From NCBI GenBank assembly GCA_963806185.1, contig CAWDXE010000007.1:32001-96000 (forward strand): DNA of 64,000 nt, read 5' to 3'. The notes below the pieces were generated by a model. That model was not told the DNA's origin and did not search any database. It worked only from the letters and a program-made list of their open reading frames with translations. This DNA comes from an uncultured candidate division Zixibacteria bacterium (lineage in GTDB: Bacteria; Zixibacteria; MSB-5A5; GN15; FEB-12). Positions 9,486 through 20,358 of this stretch are shown in pieces (position 1 is the stretch's first letter; each line of letters begins with the position of its first letter). The translations under genes and the position numbers were made by a program.

Positions 9486-9983
9486 ATGAAAAGGCAATTA
9501 TCCACTTTAGAGGTCGCGCTTACTGTGACTGCATGCTGGTTTATCGCTGTCACTGAGCCAACAGCAAAACAAGGTAGCGCCATCGCGAACAGCACCTCTG
9601 GCGAGCAGATAAAGTGGCATGTGGTGTCCAGCGGAGGAACTCAGAGCGCATCGACCAGTTACATTATGACCGGCACAGTCGGACAGACCGCTACAGGGTT
9701 GAGCCAATCGACCAGTTTCAAAGTCAATTCCGGGTACTGGCAGACATTTGGTCCGGCCTCGTGTTGTATCGGTACGACCGGCAACGTCGATTGCGATCCT
9801 CTTGACGGCGTCGACATCGGCGACTTGACCACACTGATCGACAATCTGTTCATTACCTTCACGCCGCTCTGTTGCGAAGCTGAAGCCAATTGCGACGGTG
9901 CTGGCGGTGTGGATATCGGCGACCTGACGGCGTTGATTGACAACCTCTTCATCACCTTCACGCCGCTGGCGGCCTGCCAATAG
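9486..9983 (+). CDS. Small secreted protein with dockerin-like domain (paralogue of 7243..7839)
   Basis: GEQIKWHVVSSGG...TVGQ...SGYWQ plus a near-identical dockerin-like tail. Confidence 0.8.
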   Translation: MKRQLSTLEVALTVTACWFIAVTEPTAKQGSAIANSTSGEQIKWHVVSSGGTQSASTSYIMTGTVGQTATGLSQSTSFKVNSGYWQTFGPASCCIGTTGNVDCDPLDGVDIGDLTTLIDNLFITFTPLCCEAEANCDGAGGVDIGDLTALIDNLFITFTPLAACQ

Positions 9984-10245
9984 AGGTGCACTGATCATCG
10001 TTGATCCATAGCCCCCGAGGTTGGGAATATCCTGACCTCGGGGCAAGAACTGCCTCCCAGCCTCCAAAATGTCCATATTGGGATGCCACTCATCGCAACC
10101 CTCCCGGGCATCCTGACTCTCAATGTACCTCGAAGTGGACCAACGAGTTCCGGTAAATCGCGGGTTGACAAATGAGCATTGTGGTAATATGTTACCATTA
10201 TACCACGATTATCGACGGTCCACGGTACTCACAGAGGATGACACT

Positions 10246-11244
10246 ATGAAGATTTCAACCGGAATTATCGCCTCGTTTGGGTTGTGGCTTGGTCTGGCTG
10301 TCAACGCGCTCGCCGTTACCGCAGATCACACCAGCGTGTCCCATTTTCCCGAAATCCCGGATTCAGTGATTCAGCAAGTCCGGAGCAATGGTAGGATATT
10401 CTACGGCCATACGTCACACGGAAGTCAGATTGTAACCGGCATGGCCATGCTGCGGGCCGAAGATACCCTTTATCGCTATAACGAGGGGGCCGGCTCACTC
10501 AGCTTGACAGAAGAAGGAATAGATCTGGGTAATCCTGACTACGTGACCTGGGAAGCTGTGACAAGAAACCATCTAAACCAGCCCGGAACTACGACAAATC
10601 TAGTGGTGTGGTCATGGTGCGGGCAGGTTTCAACCAATACGGAAGAAGGGATAAATACGTATCTCAGTCTGATGAATCAGCTGGAGATTGATTTTCCAGA
10701 CGTGAAGTTCATTTACATGACGGGGCATTTGGACGGCACGGGGCCGACGGAAAATCTGTACGTACGCAACAATCAGATCCGGGCGTACTGTTCGGCTCAC
10801 AACAAGGCGCTGTTTGATTTTGCCGATATCGAGAGCTACGATCCCGGCGGTACGTGGTATCCGGATGGCGCGGATGATTGCGCCTGGTGTCAGACCTGGT
10901 GCGAGACGCACTCGTGTCCCGATTGCGACGCCTGCGCCCATTCCCACTGTTTCAACTGCTACCGCAAGGGACAGGCCTTCTGGTGGCTGCTGGCCCGTCT
11001 GGCCGGCTGGCAAGAGGGGCCGTGTTGTGCCGGCGACCGGGGTAATGTGGACTGCGACCCCTCCGGAGGTGTGGACATCGGCGATCTCACGGCTCTTATC
11101 AATAACTTGTACATTTCGTTCGATCCGCTCTGTTGCGAAGCCGAGGCCAACTGCGACGGCATCGGCGGGATTGATATCGGCGACCTTACCGCGCTGATCA
11201 ATAATCTGTTCATCACCTTCGCTCCGTTGCCGGTGTGCCCGTAG
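10246..11244 (+). CDS. Secreted protein (possible SGNH-like hydrolase) with dockerin-like domain
   Basis: RBS GAGG, signal peptide, FYGHTSHGSQI, LFDFADIES, Cys-rich segment, dockerin-like tail. Confidence 0.7.
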   Translation: MKISTGIIASFGLWLGLAVNALAVTADHTSVSHFPEIPDSVIQQVRSNGRIFYGHTSHGSQIVTGMAMLRAEDTLYRYNEGAGSLSLTEEGIDLGNPDYVTWEAVTRNHLNQPGTTTNLVVWSWCGQVSTNTEEGINTYLSLMNQLEIDFPDVKFIYMTGHLDGTGPTENLYVRNNQIRAYCSAHNKALFDFADIESYDPGGTWYPDGADDCAWCQTWCETHSCPDCDACAHSHCFNCYRKGQAFWWLLARLAGWQEGPCCAGDRGNVDCDPSGGVDIGDLTALINNLYISFDPLCCEAEANCDGIGGIDIGDLTALINNLFITFAPLPVCP

Positions 11245-11443
11245 CATTGCCCTCGGTACTGTCTCGCGGGATCGGCTGCCTGACCCTGGCAGGCCAGGTG
11301 GGCCGGGCGGTTACTGTCGTACCCACGGAAACCGGGCAGGCGCGTCCACTATTAATTGTTGCGTCAACTGACCATAAATGGTATCCTAAGTTCAGCATTT
11401 GACAACGGGCGGATTCACGACCGCCAAAACCGGGATATTGTCG

Positions 11444-14056
11444 ATGGCGTCAGACGGCGACTCAAACGACATAACCCGATCATATGTTCAACTCGCACAC
11501 GACATTATAATCGGGCACTACCGGATCATCGAGAAGATCGGCGCCGGTGGCATGGGTGAGGTGTATCTTGCGGAAGACACCGAACTCAATCGGAACGTTG
11601 CGCTCAAATTCCTGTCCGCCCATCTGTGTCAGCTGGCCGACTGCCGGGCCCGCTTCAAGCGTGAGGCGCAGGCGGCGGCGAAACTGAATCATCCCAACGT
11701 CGTGACCATCTATGAGGTCGGCGAGCACAATGGGCGCCCCTTCTTTGCCATGGAGCAGCTCGAGGGTCGATCACTGCGGGACGTTATCAAGCAAAAGGAA
11801 ACTTCTCCACCTCAGATAATTCAAATCGCCGTACAGTTGTGCGAAGGTCTCAAGGAGGCACATGCGCACGGTGTAGTTCATCGCGATATCAAACCATCCA
11901 ACATCACGTGTGACGGCAAGGGACACTGCAAGATTCTGGATTTCGGACTCGCAGCGGTGTGCGGGGGCGAAGGCCTGACCAAACCAGGCGCCACGCTCGG
12001 CACGGTCGGATACATGTCGCCCGAGCAAATTCGAGGGGAACCGGTCGATCATCGCACCGACATCTTCTCGCTGGGTGTGGTCCTGTACGAGCTCATTGCC
12101 GGCCGGTCACCGTTTCAAGCCGATTCCGACCCGGCGACAATGCATAACATCCTTGAGGCTGTCCCCGAGCCGCTCGCGCGGTACAAAGCTGGGGTGCCTG
12201 AAGATCTGCAACATGTCGTTTCACGGGCGTTGGAAAAGGATGTCGCGATCCGCTACCAGTCGGCTGCTGACATGATGGCCGATTTGATCCGGCTGCGTCG
12301 ACGAGGGTCAGATACGGGGAAGGTGGCGCAGGTCAACCGGTCGAAGGTTTCAGTGGGGTGGAGGGAGCTTGGCTATGTCCTCTCAGCTGCGATCGTCATT
12401 GTCATGGCGATCGTCGTGTGGGGTATGCTCCGGTCACCGGCGGCAAGAAACGGCTCCGTCAATAATCATCTGGCCATCATTCCATTTACCAATTTGGGAG
12501 CACCAGCCACCAGTCAGGCGTTCTGCGACGGGTTGGTTGAGACCCTCACCAGCAAGCTGACTCAACTCACCCAGATCGAAGGATCGCTGCAGATTGTTCC
12601 GACTAGTGAAGTTCGAGAGAAGGATATTCGAAGTGCCGAGCAGGCCCGTCGGACCTTCGGCGTGAACCTGGTGATTACGGGAAGTATTCAACAACATGGT
12701 GAAGGCATACGCGCGACCCTGAATCTTGTTGATGCAGTGAGCGAACGACAGCTTCGCTCCACGGTCGTCGACGAGAATCGCGAAGACGTGTCACAGTTGC
12801 AGGACTCCAGCGTCTACGAGGTTGCCGAGATGCTCGATATTCAGCTGCGACCGGAATCCCGCCGGATTCTGGACGCCGGGAATACTCGACTTTCAGAAGC
12901 ATACAGCGCCTATCTCGAAGGGCGGGGCTACCTGCAGAACTTCCAGAGTATGACCAGCCTGGACAGCGCCGCAGGCCGGTTTGAGTCGGCGATCAAACTC
13001 GACTCCAATTATGCTCTCGCTTATGCTGGGCTGGGCGAGGTCTGCTGGCGGAAGTACAGCCTGACCAATGATGTCGCCTGGGTAGAACCGGGCATGAGTT
13101 ACAGCAGCCGCGCTATGGAACTCAATGATCAACTGGCGCCGGTGTTAGTGACGATCGGGCTCGTTCACAGTCAGACGGGCCAGTATCAGGAGGCCGTAAG
13201 CTATCTCAAGCGCGCGTTGCTGATTGACTCATCGAACAGTGAAACTTTCGTTCAACTGGCGAATGCGTACGAGTTGTTGGGACGGGCCGCCGAGGCCGAA
13301 TCCACTTTCAATGGAGCCATCGAGCTGCAGCCAAAATTCTGGCGCAGCTATTATAATCTTGCCCGCTTCCTCGCGTTTCGGGGACGAAGCAACGACGCCC
13401 TCACTCAGGCGGCCAGAGCGGAATCGCTGGCGCCGGCCGGAGAACTTCCTTACGAGCTCCTGGGCAGCCTGCACGCCTTTCTCGGTGACTACGACAGAGC
13501 CAAGATTCTCCTCTCACGGTCACTGAGTTTCGCACCAAACTATGTCTCCTACTCCAATCTGGGGGCAATCTATCAGGCCGAACAACAGTACCGGCAGGCT
13601 GCTGACATGTATCGACATGCGCTTGAGCTCAACGACAAGGATTTTGCGGTTTGGGTTAACCTTGCGGCCGTGAGCAGAGAACTTCCGGGCGGCGAGAATG
13701 AAGCAACGCGGGCCTATAGCCGCGCCATCGACCTCGCCAGGCAGAATCTTGAAATCAATCCCAATGACGCCACCCTGATCTGCTACCTGGCCGACTGCTA
13801 CTGGCAAACCGGGCAGCGCGGCCAGTCACTCACCCTGGCCGAGCAGGCCGAGAAACTCGCCCCGGATGACGTTGAGGTCATGGTTCGAGTCGGGACAATC
13901 TTTGAGCGGGCGGGCAGACGTGACAGAGCGATGCGTCTCATCGGTACCGCCGTACGGCTTGGATTCTCAAGAGATCGGATCAACTCTACCGACGAATTGC
14001 GACAGTTGATCGCTGATCCTCGTTTCGATAGTCTCGTTTCGATCAAGCAACGGTAA
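11444..14056 (+). CDS. Hanks-type Ser/Thr protein kinase with TM, TolB-N-like domain and TPR repeats
   Basis: [36 protein letters not shown] segment; TPR helices. Confidence 0.93.
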   Translation: MASDGDSNDITRSYVQLAHDIIIGHYRIIEKIGAGGMGEVYLAEDTELNRNVALKFLSAHLCQLADCRARFKREAQAAAKLNHPNVVTIYEVGEHNGRPFFAMEQLEGRSLRDVIKQKETSPPQIIQIAVQLCEGLKEAHAHGVVHRDIKPSNITCDGKGHCKILDFGLAAVCGGEGLTKPGATLGTVGYMSPEQIRGEPVDHRTDIFSLGVVLYELIAGRSPFQADSDPATMHNILEAVPEPLARYKAGVPEDLQHVVSRALEKDVAIRYQSAADMMADLIRLRRRGSDTGKVAQVNRSKVSVGWRELGYVLSAAIVIVMAIVVWGMLRSPAARNGSVNNHLAIIPFTNLGAPATSQAFCDGLVETLTSKLTQLTQIEGSLQIVPTSEVREKDIRSAEQARRTFGVNLVITGSIQQHGEGIRATLNLVDAVSERQLRSTVVDENREDVSQLQDSSVYEVAEMLDIQLRPESRRILDAGNTRLSEAYSAYLEGRGYLQNFQSMTSLDSAAGRFESAIKLDSNYALAYAGLGEVCWRKYSLTNDVAWVEPGMSYSSRAMELNDQLAPVLVTIGLVHSQTGQYQEAVSYLKRALLIDSSNSETFVQLANAYELLGRAAEAESTFNGAIELQPKFWRSYYNLARFLAFRGRSNDALTQAARAESLAPAGELPYELLGSLHAFLGDYDRAKILLSRSLSFAPNYVSYSNLGAIYQAEQQYRQAADMYRHALELNDKDFAVWVNLAAVSRELPGGENEATRAYSRAIDLARQNLEINPNDATLICYLADCYWQTGQRGQSLTLAEQAEKLAPDDVEVMVRVGTIFERAGRRDRAMRLIGTAVRLGFSRDRINSTDELRQLIADPRFDSLVSIKQR

Positions 14057-14162
14057 TCACGGCAGGGAATCTTGTCGTGAGTGCACCTGTTCGCCCGCGA
14101 CGGAACAATGGCCGATTCCGTCGCGGGTTCCACTATGCATCGGCCGGCAAAAGGAAGCTTTT

Positions 14163-14471
14163 ATGAGCAGTACCATCAACGTCCTCATTAAGAAGGTTGG
14201 CCAGCGTTGTGTCGTCGTCCCCGGAATCATCGTCGTCAAGCCCGGTGACGTCGTCAATCTTCGCAACACGACCCGTGAAATTGTCTACGCTCAGGCATAC
14301 GGCCTCTCGAAGACCTTCGAGATTCTCCCGCGCCAGACTTACGCGCTCAAAGTGCCTGTCATCCGGCCCGGTATCTATCCGGTTGCCGTCTTCTGTGCGG
14401 GCAGCAAGGTATTCGGTTGGACGCCGATTCCGATGACGGCGCCGATGCCGATCATAATCGTTCACAGGTGA
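14163..14471 (+). CDS. Small hypothetical protein (possible cupredoxin-like beta sandwich)
   Basis: AAGGA upstream; VVKPGDVV...PGIYP...C pattern. Confidence 0.5.
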   Translation: MSSTINVLIKKVGQRCVVVPGIIVVKPGDVVNLRNTTREIVYAQAYGLSKTFEILPRQTYALKVPVIRPGIYPVAVFCAGSKVFGWTPIPMTAPMPIIIVHR

Positions 14472-14744
14472 AGACTAAAGGCGCCGATGTTTTCCGATCG
14501 GACCGACACGTGTCGGTCAGAGCCGTAGACGTGAACCGGACAATGAAAAATGACCAGGCGGTGATCCTGAATTATGCAGAGAATGCCGGCCGGTGGACGA
14601 AGTTGTCAGCTGGGTGATTGACCGGTGCGGGAATGAGGCTGTGCCTCTAGCAGTGATTCTGTCGGGGAAAAGCACTCCGCACGCAGCATGTACCCGTCGG
14701 CACACTCTCGCTTGAGAGAGAAGGCTCGGCCCGGAGCGCCTCCA

Positions 14745-15083
14745 CTATGACGCGACCGCCTTGGTGGCCTCGAGACGAGAATCGTACGTGTCAAACACCT
14801 TGACGAGCTGCGTGATGTTCAGCAGGTTCTGGACGTTGGTGATATTCGCCAGCGCGAATCGGCCGCCCCGGTTCAGGACTGAGGTGTATGTCTCGACCAG
14901 TGCTCCGAGACCGGCTGAGTTCATCCATTCCACGCGCTGAAGGTCGAGGACGAATGCTCGCTTGTGCAGGTCGAGGTAGTACTGTACGCGCCCGCGGAAC
15001 GAGTCCAACTCATCACTGGCCATGATCTTGCCGCTCAATTCAAAGGTGACGACGTCACCGATAAGATTATCCCTGGTTCGCAT
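14745..15083 (-). CDS. STAS-domain anti-sigma factor antagonist
   Basis: LDLQRVEWMNSAGLG motif; AGGAG RBS. Confidence 0.9.
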   Translation of the reverse strand: MRTRDNLIGDVVTFELSGKIMASDELDSFRGRVQYYLDLHKRAFVLDLQRVEWMNSAGLGALVETYTSVLNRGGRFALANITNVQNLLNITQLVKVFDTYDSRLEATKAVAS

Positions 15084-15307
15084 ATTCAGTTCTCCTATAG
15101 CTAGCGTGATTTGGCCAGTCCTGGCGTCTGTGCTCAACTATACGTGAGTCATGGCCGATAGTTTCGGCCGTTCGGCGTTAAGAGTCGTTAACAAACTTGC
15201 CCAAGCGCACTGATCACGCTGACAGAGAATTGGCGGCTCGTGACAACAGCCTTGATGCAACCGCGGAAGGGGATTGGTCGACCGGATTGGTGTTCGAGGC
15301 TTCAAGG

Positions 15308-15448
15308 TCACACGTCGGCAGACCGATCTTCCCACTTGGTCACGTCACTGACTTCGATCTCCTTGCCGCCTTTGCGGGCAATCGACCAGGCGATCACGAG
15401 GAGAAGGATGGTGTTGAGGATAGTCACCGTCAGGATGGCCGCGGTCAT
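15308..15448 (-). CDS. 46-aa single-TM small protein (not in ORF track)
   Basis: MTAAILTVTILNTILLVIAWSIARKGGKEIEVSDVTKWEDRSADV; ATGA overlap with the upstream small ORF. Confidence 0.5.
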   Translation of the reverse strand: MTAAILTVTILNTILLLVIAWSIARKGGKEIEVSDVTKWEDRSADV

Positions 15449-15636
15449 ACGTCACGCTCCCCCCATCGCCCATCTGATTCGTCCGGCCATTGGTGCGGGT
15501 GCGCAAAATCCCGTTCCTCCTGAGGCATGCCCAGGAAGAGCCAGAGTGAGAAGATGAACGGCAATACGATAAGGCTCATAAGCACGATGAGTGCCATGTA
15601 GAAATGATCTCGCAAACTGCTGGTCAAACGGTCCAT
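15445..15636 (-). CDS. 63-aa single-TM small protein
   Basis: AAGGAG RBS; hydrophobic MALIVLMSLIVLPFIFSLWLFLG. Confidence 0.55.
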   Translation of the reverse strand: MDRLTSSLRDHFYMALIVLMSLIVLPFIFSLWLFLGMPQEERDFAHPHQWPDESDGRWGERDV

Positions 15637-15980
15637 GGTCAGCAAGCTCCTTTCGCACCAACCTAGGCCGGACCACTGACAGATACGGTCAGGGAAAATG
15701 ACAATTTCACGGTCCCGGCCGCCGCCAACGAAAATCCACCGTCAAACGTATAGATTATCAAGATGCTTAGACTCTTCTATCTGATCTTGATTCCCGTGAA
15801 CCCGAGAGGAGTCTTTCTGTGCGGTCGCCTTCTGCGGCTGCCCTGTTGACCGCTTCCTGTCACCGTCTTTGGCTTGGTTTAATCATCGAGTCCGTCGGTC
15901 CAATCTAGCCACAAACCGGGGAACGTCCTGCGCCCGCGGGCGTTATAGACCAGTACCCGTTGCACAAAAGGAGCCCGTCC

Positions 15981-16907
15981 ATGCGTTTTGATTCTGTTGT
16001 CGACGCCATCGGCCATACGCCGCTGGTCCGCCTGAACCGCCTTCCCGGAGAAGGCGCCGCGACCGTCTATGCCAAAATGGAAAGCTACAACCCGGCCGCA
16101 TCCATTAAGGATCGGATTGGCGCCGCCATGATCCTTGCCGCAGAGCGAGACGGCCGGCTCAAACCGGGCATGACCATCGTCGAACCGACCTCCGGCAATA
16201 CCGGTATCGCCCTGGCGATGGTGGCAGCTGCCCGGGGGTACAAGTGTATTCTGGTCATGCCGGACACAATGTCGATTGAGCGCCGCTCCCTGATGAAGAT
16301 GCTCGGAGCCAGCCTGATTCTGACCCCGGGAGCGGAAGGGGTGAAGGCGGCGATAGCCCGCGCGACAGAACTTAGTGCCCAGCCGGGCCATTTCATGCCT
16401 ATGCAATTCGATAACCCGGCCAACCCGGAGATACATCGTACGACCACAGGTCCGGAGATTATTGCCGATCTGGGCGACATCAAGCTTGACGCCTTTGTGG
16501 CAGCTGTCGGGACTGGTGGAAGCATCAGTGGCGCCGGAGCGGCACTTAAGCAGAAGTACGGCTGTCTGGTGGCGGCGGTAGAACCGGAGCTTTCGCCGGT
16601 ACTTTCCGGCGGGACACATTCGCCCCACCCAATTCAAGGGATCGGCACCGGTTTTGTACCGAAGAACTATCATCCGAACGTGGTCGACGAGATCATCCAG
16701 GTGAAGAGCGAAGACGCTTTTGCCACCGCGAGAGGGCTCGCCGGTCAGGAGGGCATCTTAGCCGGCATATCGGCCGGGGCAAACGTCTGGTCGGCCCTTC
16801 AAGTGGCCCGACGATTGGGCAAAGGGAAGACGGTAGTAACGATCATCTGCGATACAGGCGAACGGTATCTCAGCACAAAACTATACACCGAGTATATCGA
16901 GGCATGA
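15981..16907 (+). CDS. cysK: Cysteine synthase A
   Basis: NPAASIKDR PLP lysine, EPTSGNTG, GTGGS, IQGIG, DTGERYLS. Confidence 0.96.
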   Translation: MRFDSVVDAIGHTPLVRLNRLPGEGAATVYAKMESYNPAASIKDRIGAAMILAAERDGRLKPGMTIVEPTSGNTGIALAMVAAARGYKCILVMPDTMSIERRSLMKMLGASLILTPGAEGVKAAIARATELSAQPGHFMPMQFDNPANPEIHRTTTGPEIIADLGDIKLDAFVAAVGTGGSISGAGAALKQKYGCLVAAVEPELSPVLSGGTHSPHPIQGIGTGFVPKNYHPNVVDEIIQVKSEDAFATARGLAGQEGILAGISAGANVWSALQVARRLGKGKTVVTIICDTGERYLSTKLYTEYIEA

Positions 16908-16920
16908 GGCGAGTTGACGC

Positions 16921-17484
16921 ATGATAGCCATTCTTGAAGATGTCAAAGCGATTTTCCGGAACGACCCGGCGGCCAGGAATGTCGAATTTCTGCTGTATCC
17001 CGGTTTTCAGGCTATTACGGCGCACCGGATCATTCACTTGCTCTGGCGGTGGAAGATTCCCTTCATTCCTCGGCTGTTCTCCCAAATCGTCCGCTTCCTC
17101 ACCGGGCTTGAAATCCACCCCGGCGCCGAAATCGGCAAGGGGTTCTTTGTCGATCACGGCATGGGTGTCGTCATCGGCGAGACAGCGGAAATCGGGCGCA
17201 ACTGTGTCCTGTTCCACAATGTCACGCTGGGAGGAACCGGCAAACATGTCGGCAAGCGACACCCGACGATTGGCGACAATGTCCTTATCGGCACCGGAGC
17301 GGTGCTCCTCGGACCGATTCGCGTGGGAGACAACGTCAATATCGGGGCCAACAGCTTTGTACTGATGCGTGACATACCGGCCAATTGCACCGTTGGTGGT
17401 ACGCCGGCCCGCATCACCAGGCGCAACGGGATGCCGGTGGACGAAGAACTGCCCAGGACGATCGTTGACCTCAATGCGGCTTGA
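16921..17484 (+). CDS. cysE: Serine O-acetyltransferase
   Basis: NDPAA, EIHPGA, DHGMGVVIGET, KRHPTIG. Confidence 0.95.
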   Translation: MIAILEDVKAIFRNDPAARNVEFLLYPGFQAITAHRIIHLLWRWKIPFIPRLFSQIVRFLTGLEIHPGAEIGKGFFVDHGMGVVIGETAEIGRNCVLFHNVTLGGTGKHVGKRHPTIGDNVLIGTGAVLLGPIRVGDNVNIGANSFVLMRDIPANCTVGGTPARITRRNGMPVDEELPRTIVDLNAA

Positions 17485-17562
17485 TGCTGAAGCGCGATGC
17501 GACTTCGAGGCTCTTTCCGCGGACTTCCAGCACCTCCGAAGCCTTTACGGCGGATGAAGAAT

Positions 17563-17589
17563 CTAATTCAATCTTAATGCTTTCCTAAC
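17563..17589 (+). promoter_or_regulatory. Putative Pho box array upstream of phoB
   Basis: CTAAT/TTAAT/CTAAC at 17563, 17574, 17585 (11-bp period). Confidence 0.6.
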
Positions 17590-17653
17590 ATAGCTGGGGT
17601 TTGTTATGCTCGTAGTAACCCAACACCGTGCGGGCACTGTGAAAGGGCCATAA

Positions 17654-18340
17654 ATGGCAAGAGAACATATCCTGGTGATCGAAGACGAAGTCGATATTCT
17701 GGAACTCATCCGTTACAATCTCAGTCGTGAAGGGTATCGGGTGGCGGTTCAGCCAACCGGGGAATCCGGTCTAAAGGCAGCGAAAGCTGAGATTCCGGAT
17801 CTGGTCGTGCTGGACCTGATGCTTCCCGAAATCGACGGCCTTGAAGTCTGCAAGGTACTGAAGGGCGACCCCAAGACCTCCCATGTACCGATCGTGATGC
17901 TGACGGCCAAGGGCGAGGAATCGGATATCGTGACCGGCCTGGAGGTTGGGGCGGACGATTACATTATCAAGCCATTCAGCCCCAAGGTGCTGATCGCGCG
18001 GGTGCGGGCCATTCTCCGGCGCAAGAGCAAAGCGCAGAACGGCGAACAGGCGGTTCTGAAGATTCATGAGTTGACTATCCATCCCGGCCGACACGAGGTG
18101 CTGGTCGGCGGCGAGCCGGTGTCGCTTACCCTGACGGAGTTTCAAATTCTCCATCTTCTGGCGCGCCGCCCCGGGTGGGTCTTCACGCGCGACCACATTC
18201 TAAATGAAATCCGCGGTGAGGATGTGTATATTACTGACCGCTCCATTGATGTCCAGATTGTCGGTCTGCGCAAGAAGCTGGGCACCAGCGGGGCGCTGAT
18301 CGAGACGGTCCGCGGGGTGGGGTACAAGTTTAAGGAGTAA
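17654..18340 (+). CDS. phoB: Phosphate regulon response regulator
   Basis: REC + OmpR-type winged helix; adjacent to phoR and pst. Confidence 0.9.
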   Translation: MAREHILVIEDEVDILELIRYNLSREGYRVAVQPTGESGLKAAKAEIPDLVVLDLMLPEIDGLEVCKVLKGDPKTSHVPIVMLTAKGEESDIVTGLEVGADDYIIKPFSPKVLIARVRAILRRKSKAQNGEQAVLKIHELTIHPGRHEVLVGGEPVSLTLTEFQILHLLARRPGWVFTRDHILNEIRGEDVYITDRSIDVQIVGLRKKLGTSGALIETVRGVGYKFKE

Positions 18341-18342
18341 GC

Positions 18343-20148
18343 ATGGCTCGTCGACGGATTCTCTGGCAACTCTATCCGTCATATCTGGTTATTACTATTG
18401 TTGCTATTCTCACCGTTTCCTGGCTGGCGTCCAATTCCTTTCGCAAACTCTATCTCAATCAGACCATCAGCGATCTGAGCGCCCGGTCGGCCTTTGTCCA
18501 GCCGCTGGCAGAGGACAGGATTTCTCCGCCGGATACGTCCTACCTGCAAGCACTCTGCCGCGAGTTGGGGCATCAAACGAACACCCAGATGGCATTCGCC
18601 GACCTTCGCGGTCGCATCCTGGCCGATTCGCGCAATGCGGTCAAATCGTCGGAGAACCTCCTTGGCTTGTCCGATTTCGGCGAGGCGCTGCAGGGACGAA
18701 TTGGCACGTCGGTCAGACTTGATCTGAGCGACAATGCCTCCCACCTGTTTGTCAGTGCCCCAATTAAACGGGGGACAGAGATAGTCGGCATCGTTCGGAT
18801 GTCCTATCCTATTGCGGCTATTGATGAAGCCTTGAGTTCGCTGCGCATCACGGTGGTCGTCTCGGTCGTCATGACGGCACTGTTGGCGGCCCTCGTTACT
18901 CTGCTCGTGGCGCGACGAATCGGCCGTCCGCTCGAAGAGGTGAAAAGAGGAGCGGAACGTTTCGCCGCCGGTGAATTGGACTACAAACTCCCCGTACCCG
19001 AATACGAAGAGATCGGCGGACTGGCGAGTGCGATGAACCGGATGGCTGAGCAATTGCACGAACGCATTCGCACCGTCGTCGCACAGCGAAACGAGCAGGA
19101 GGCCATTCTGGCGGGGATGACCGAGGGAATACTCGTGGTCGACCCCAACGACCGTCTGGTTATCGTCAACCAGGTGGCGGCCGACTTATTCGAAATCGAT
19201 ATCGCTGCCGCTCGGGGGCAACTCCTGCAGCAGGCGGTGCGCATTCCGGTCCTGCACAAGTTCGTAGGAGATATACTGACCCTGCGGCGCGCGCTCTCCG
19301 GCGAGGTGATTCTCTACCGCGGTACCGAGACGTTTCTGCAGACTCACGGCAACGTTTTGCGTGGTGAGAGAGGCGAAATCACGGGCGTGCTGGTGGTTTT
19401 ACACGATGTCACGCAACTGCGAAAGCTGGAGGGCATGCGGCGGGATTTTGTCGCCAACGTATCGCACGAACTCAAAACGCCGATCACATCGATCAAGGGA
19501 TACGTTGAAACACTCCTCGACGCGCCCGCCGGGCCGGAAGATACTCGGCGCTTTCTCGATGTCATCATGCGGCAGGCCGACCGACTGAACGCCATTATTG
19601 ATGACCTGCTCAGTCTGTCGCGTATCGAGCAAGGCGCGGAGCGCGCGGAGATCGCGCTTGAAGACGGGAATATCGAAGCCGTCATCCGAAACAGCGTAGT
19701 CGGTATCGAGAAGTTGGCCCAGGCAAAGCACATTCACGTGGCACTTTCCTGTGGGGCCGACATCCTCGCCCACATCAATGCACCCTTGCTTGAACAGGCG
19801 ATCGTGAATCTGATCGATAATGCCATCAAGTACAGCCCGGAAGGTAGCAAGGTGGCTGTGTCGTCAAGACAGACTGCTACCGAGACGACCATCTCCGTCA
19901 CCGACACGGGCCCCGGCATTGCAAAGGAACATCTGCCTCGTATCTTCGAGCGGTTCTTCCGGGTCGACAAATCGCGGTCGCGCGAGGCTGGCGGCACGGG
20001 ACTGGGCCTGGCCATCGTCAAACATATCGTCCTCGCTCACGGCGGGACGATCTCCGTAAAAAGCGAACTCGGCGCCGGGAGCACGTTCACTATCCATTTG
20101 CCGAGGTTGGCACAATCCGGCCGGAATGCCTCGCAGGTACCCGCCTAA
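18343..20148 (+). CDS. phoR: Phosphate regulon sensor kinase
   Basis: TM-HAMP-PAS-HisKA (DFVANVSHELKTP)-HATPase (FFRVDKSRSR..GGTGLGL). Confidence 0.92.
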   Translation: MARRRILWQLYPSYLVITIVAILTVSWLASNSFRKLYLNQTISDLSARSAFVQPLAEDRISPPDTSYLQALCRELGHQTNTQMAFADLRGRILADSRNAVKSSENLLGLSDFGEALQGRIGTSVRLDLSDNASHLFVSAPIKRGTEIVGIVRMSYPIAAIDEALSSLRITVVVSVVMTALLAALVTLLVARRIGRPLEEVKRGAERFAAGELDYKLPVPEYEEIGGLASAMNRMAEQLHERIRTVVAQRNEQEAILAGMTEGILVVDPNDRLVIVNQVAADLFEIDIAAARGQLLQQAVRIPVLHKFVGDILTLRRALSGEVILYRGTETFLQTHGNVLRGERGEITGVLVVLHDVTQLRKLEGMRRDFVANVSHELKTPITSIKGYVETLLDAPAGPEDTRRFLDVIMRQADRLNAIIDDLLSLSRIEQGAERAEIALEDGNIEAVIRNSVVGIEKLAQAKHIHVALSCGADILAHINAPLLEQAIVNLIDNAIKYSPEGSKVAVSSRQTATETTISVTDTGPGIAKEHLPRIFERFFRVDKSRSREAGGTGLGLAIVKHIVLAHGGTISVKSELGAGSTFTIHLPRLAQSGRNASQVPA

Positions 20149-20218
20149 TCCGCTTGTCCTCGTAATCGTCTTATTGTCAAGCAATTGCGACTATCGCACG
20201 GTCTTCACTCGCCAATCT

Positions 20219-20256
20219 TTACCGAATATCTAACTGAGGTCTAACGCATTTCTAAC
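20219..20256 (+). promoter_or_regulatory. Putative Pho box array upstream of pstS
   Basis: CTAAC at 20230, 20241, 20252 (11-bp period), weaker unit at 20219. Confidence 0.7.
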
Positions 20257-20358
20257 AATTCACGAGTTGTTTTCTAGTGAGTACAGAGGGTTGAGGAATT
20301 CACGGAGAGATTTTCGCTGTATTGTTAACTGGACCTGAGAGATAGGAATCCTACCCAT

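Noticed and set aside
10877..10960. Multihaem cytochrome motifs
   Set aside because: CxxC pairs are not followed directly by His (no CxxCH).
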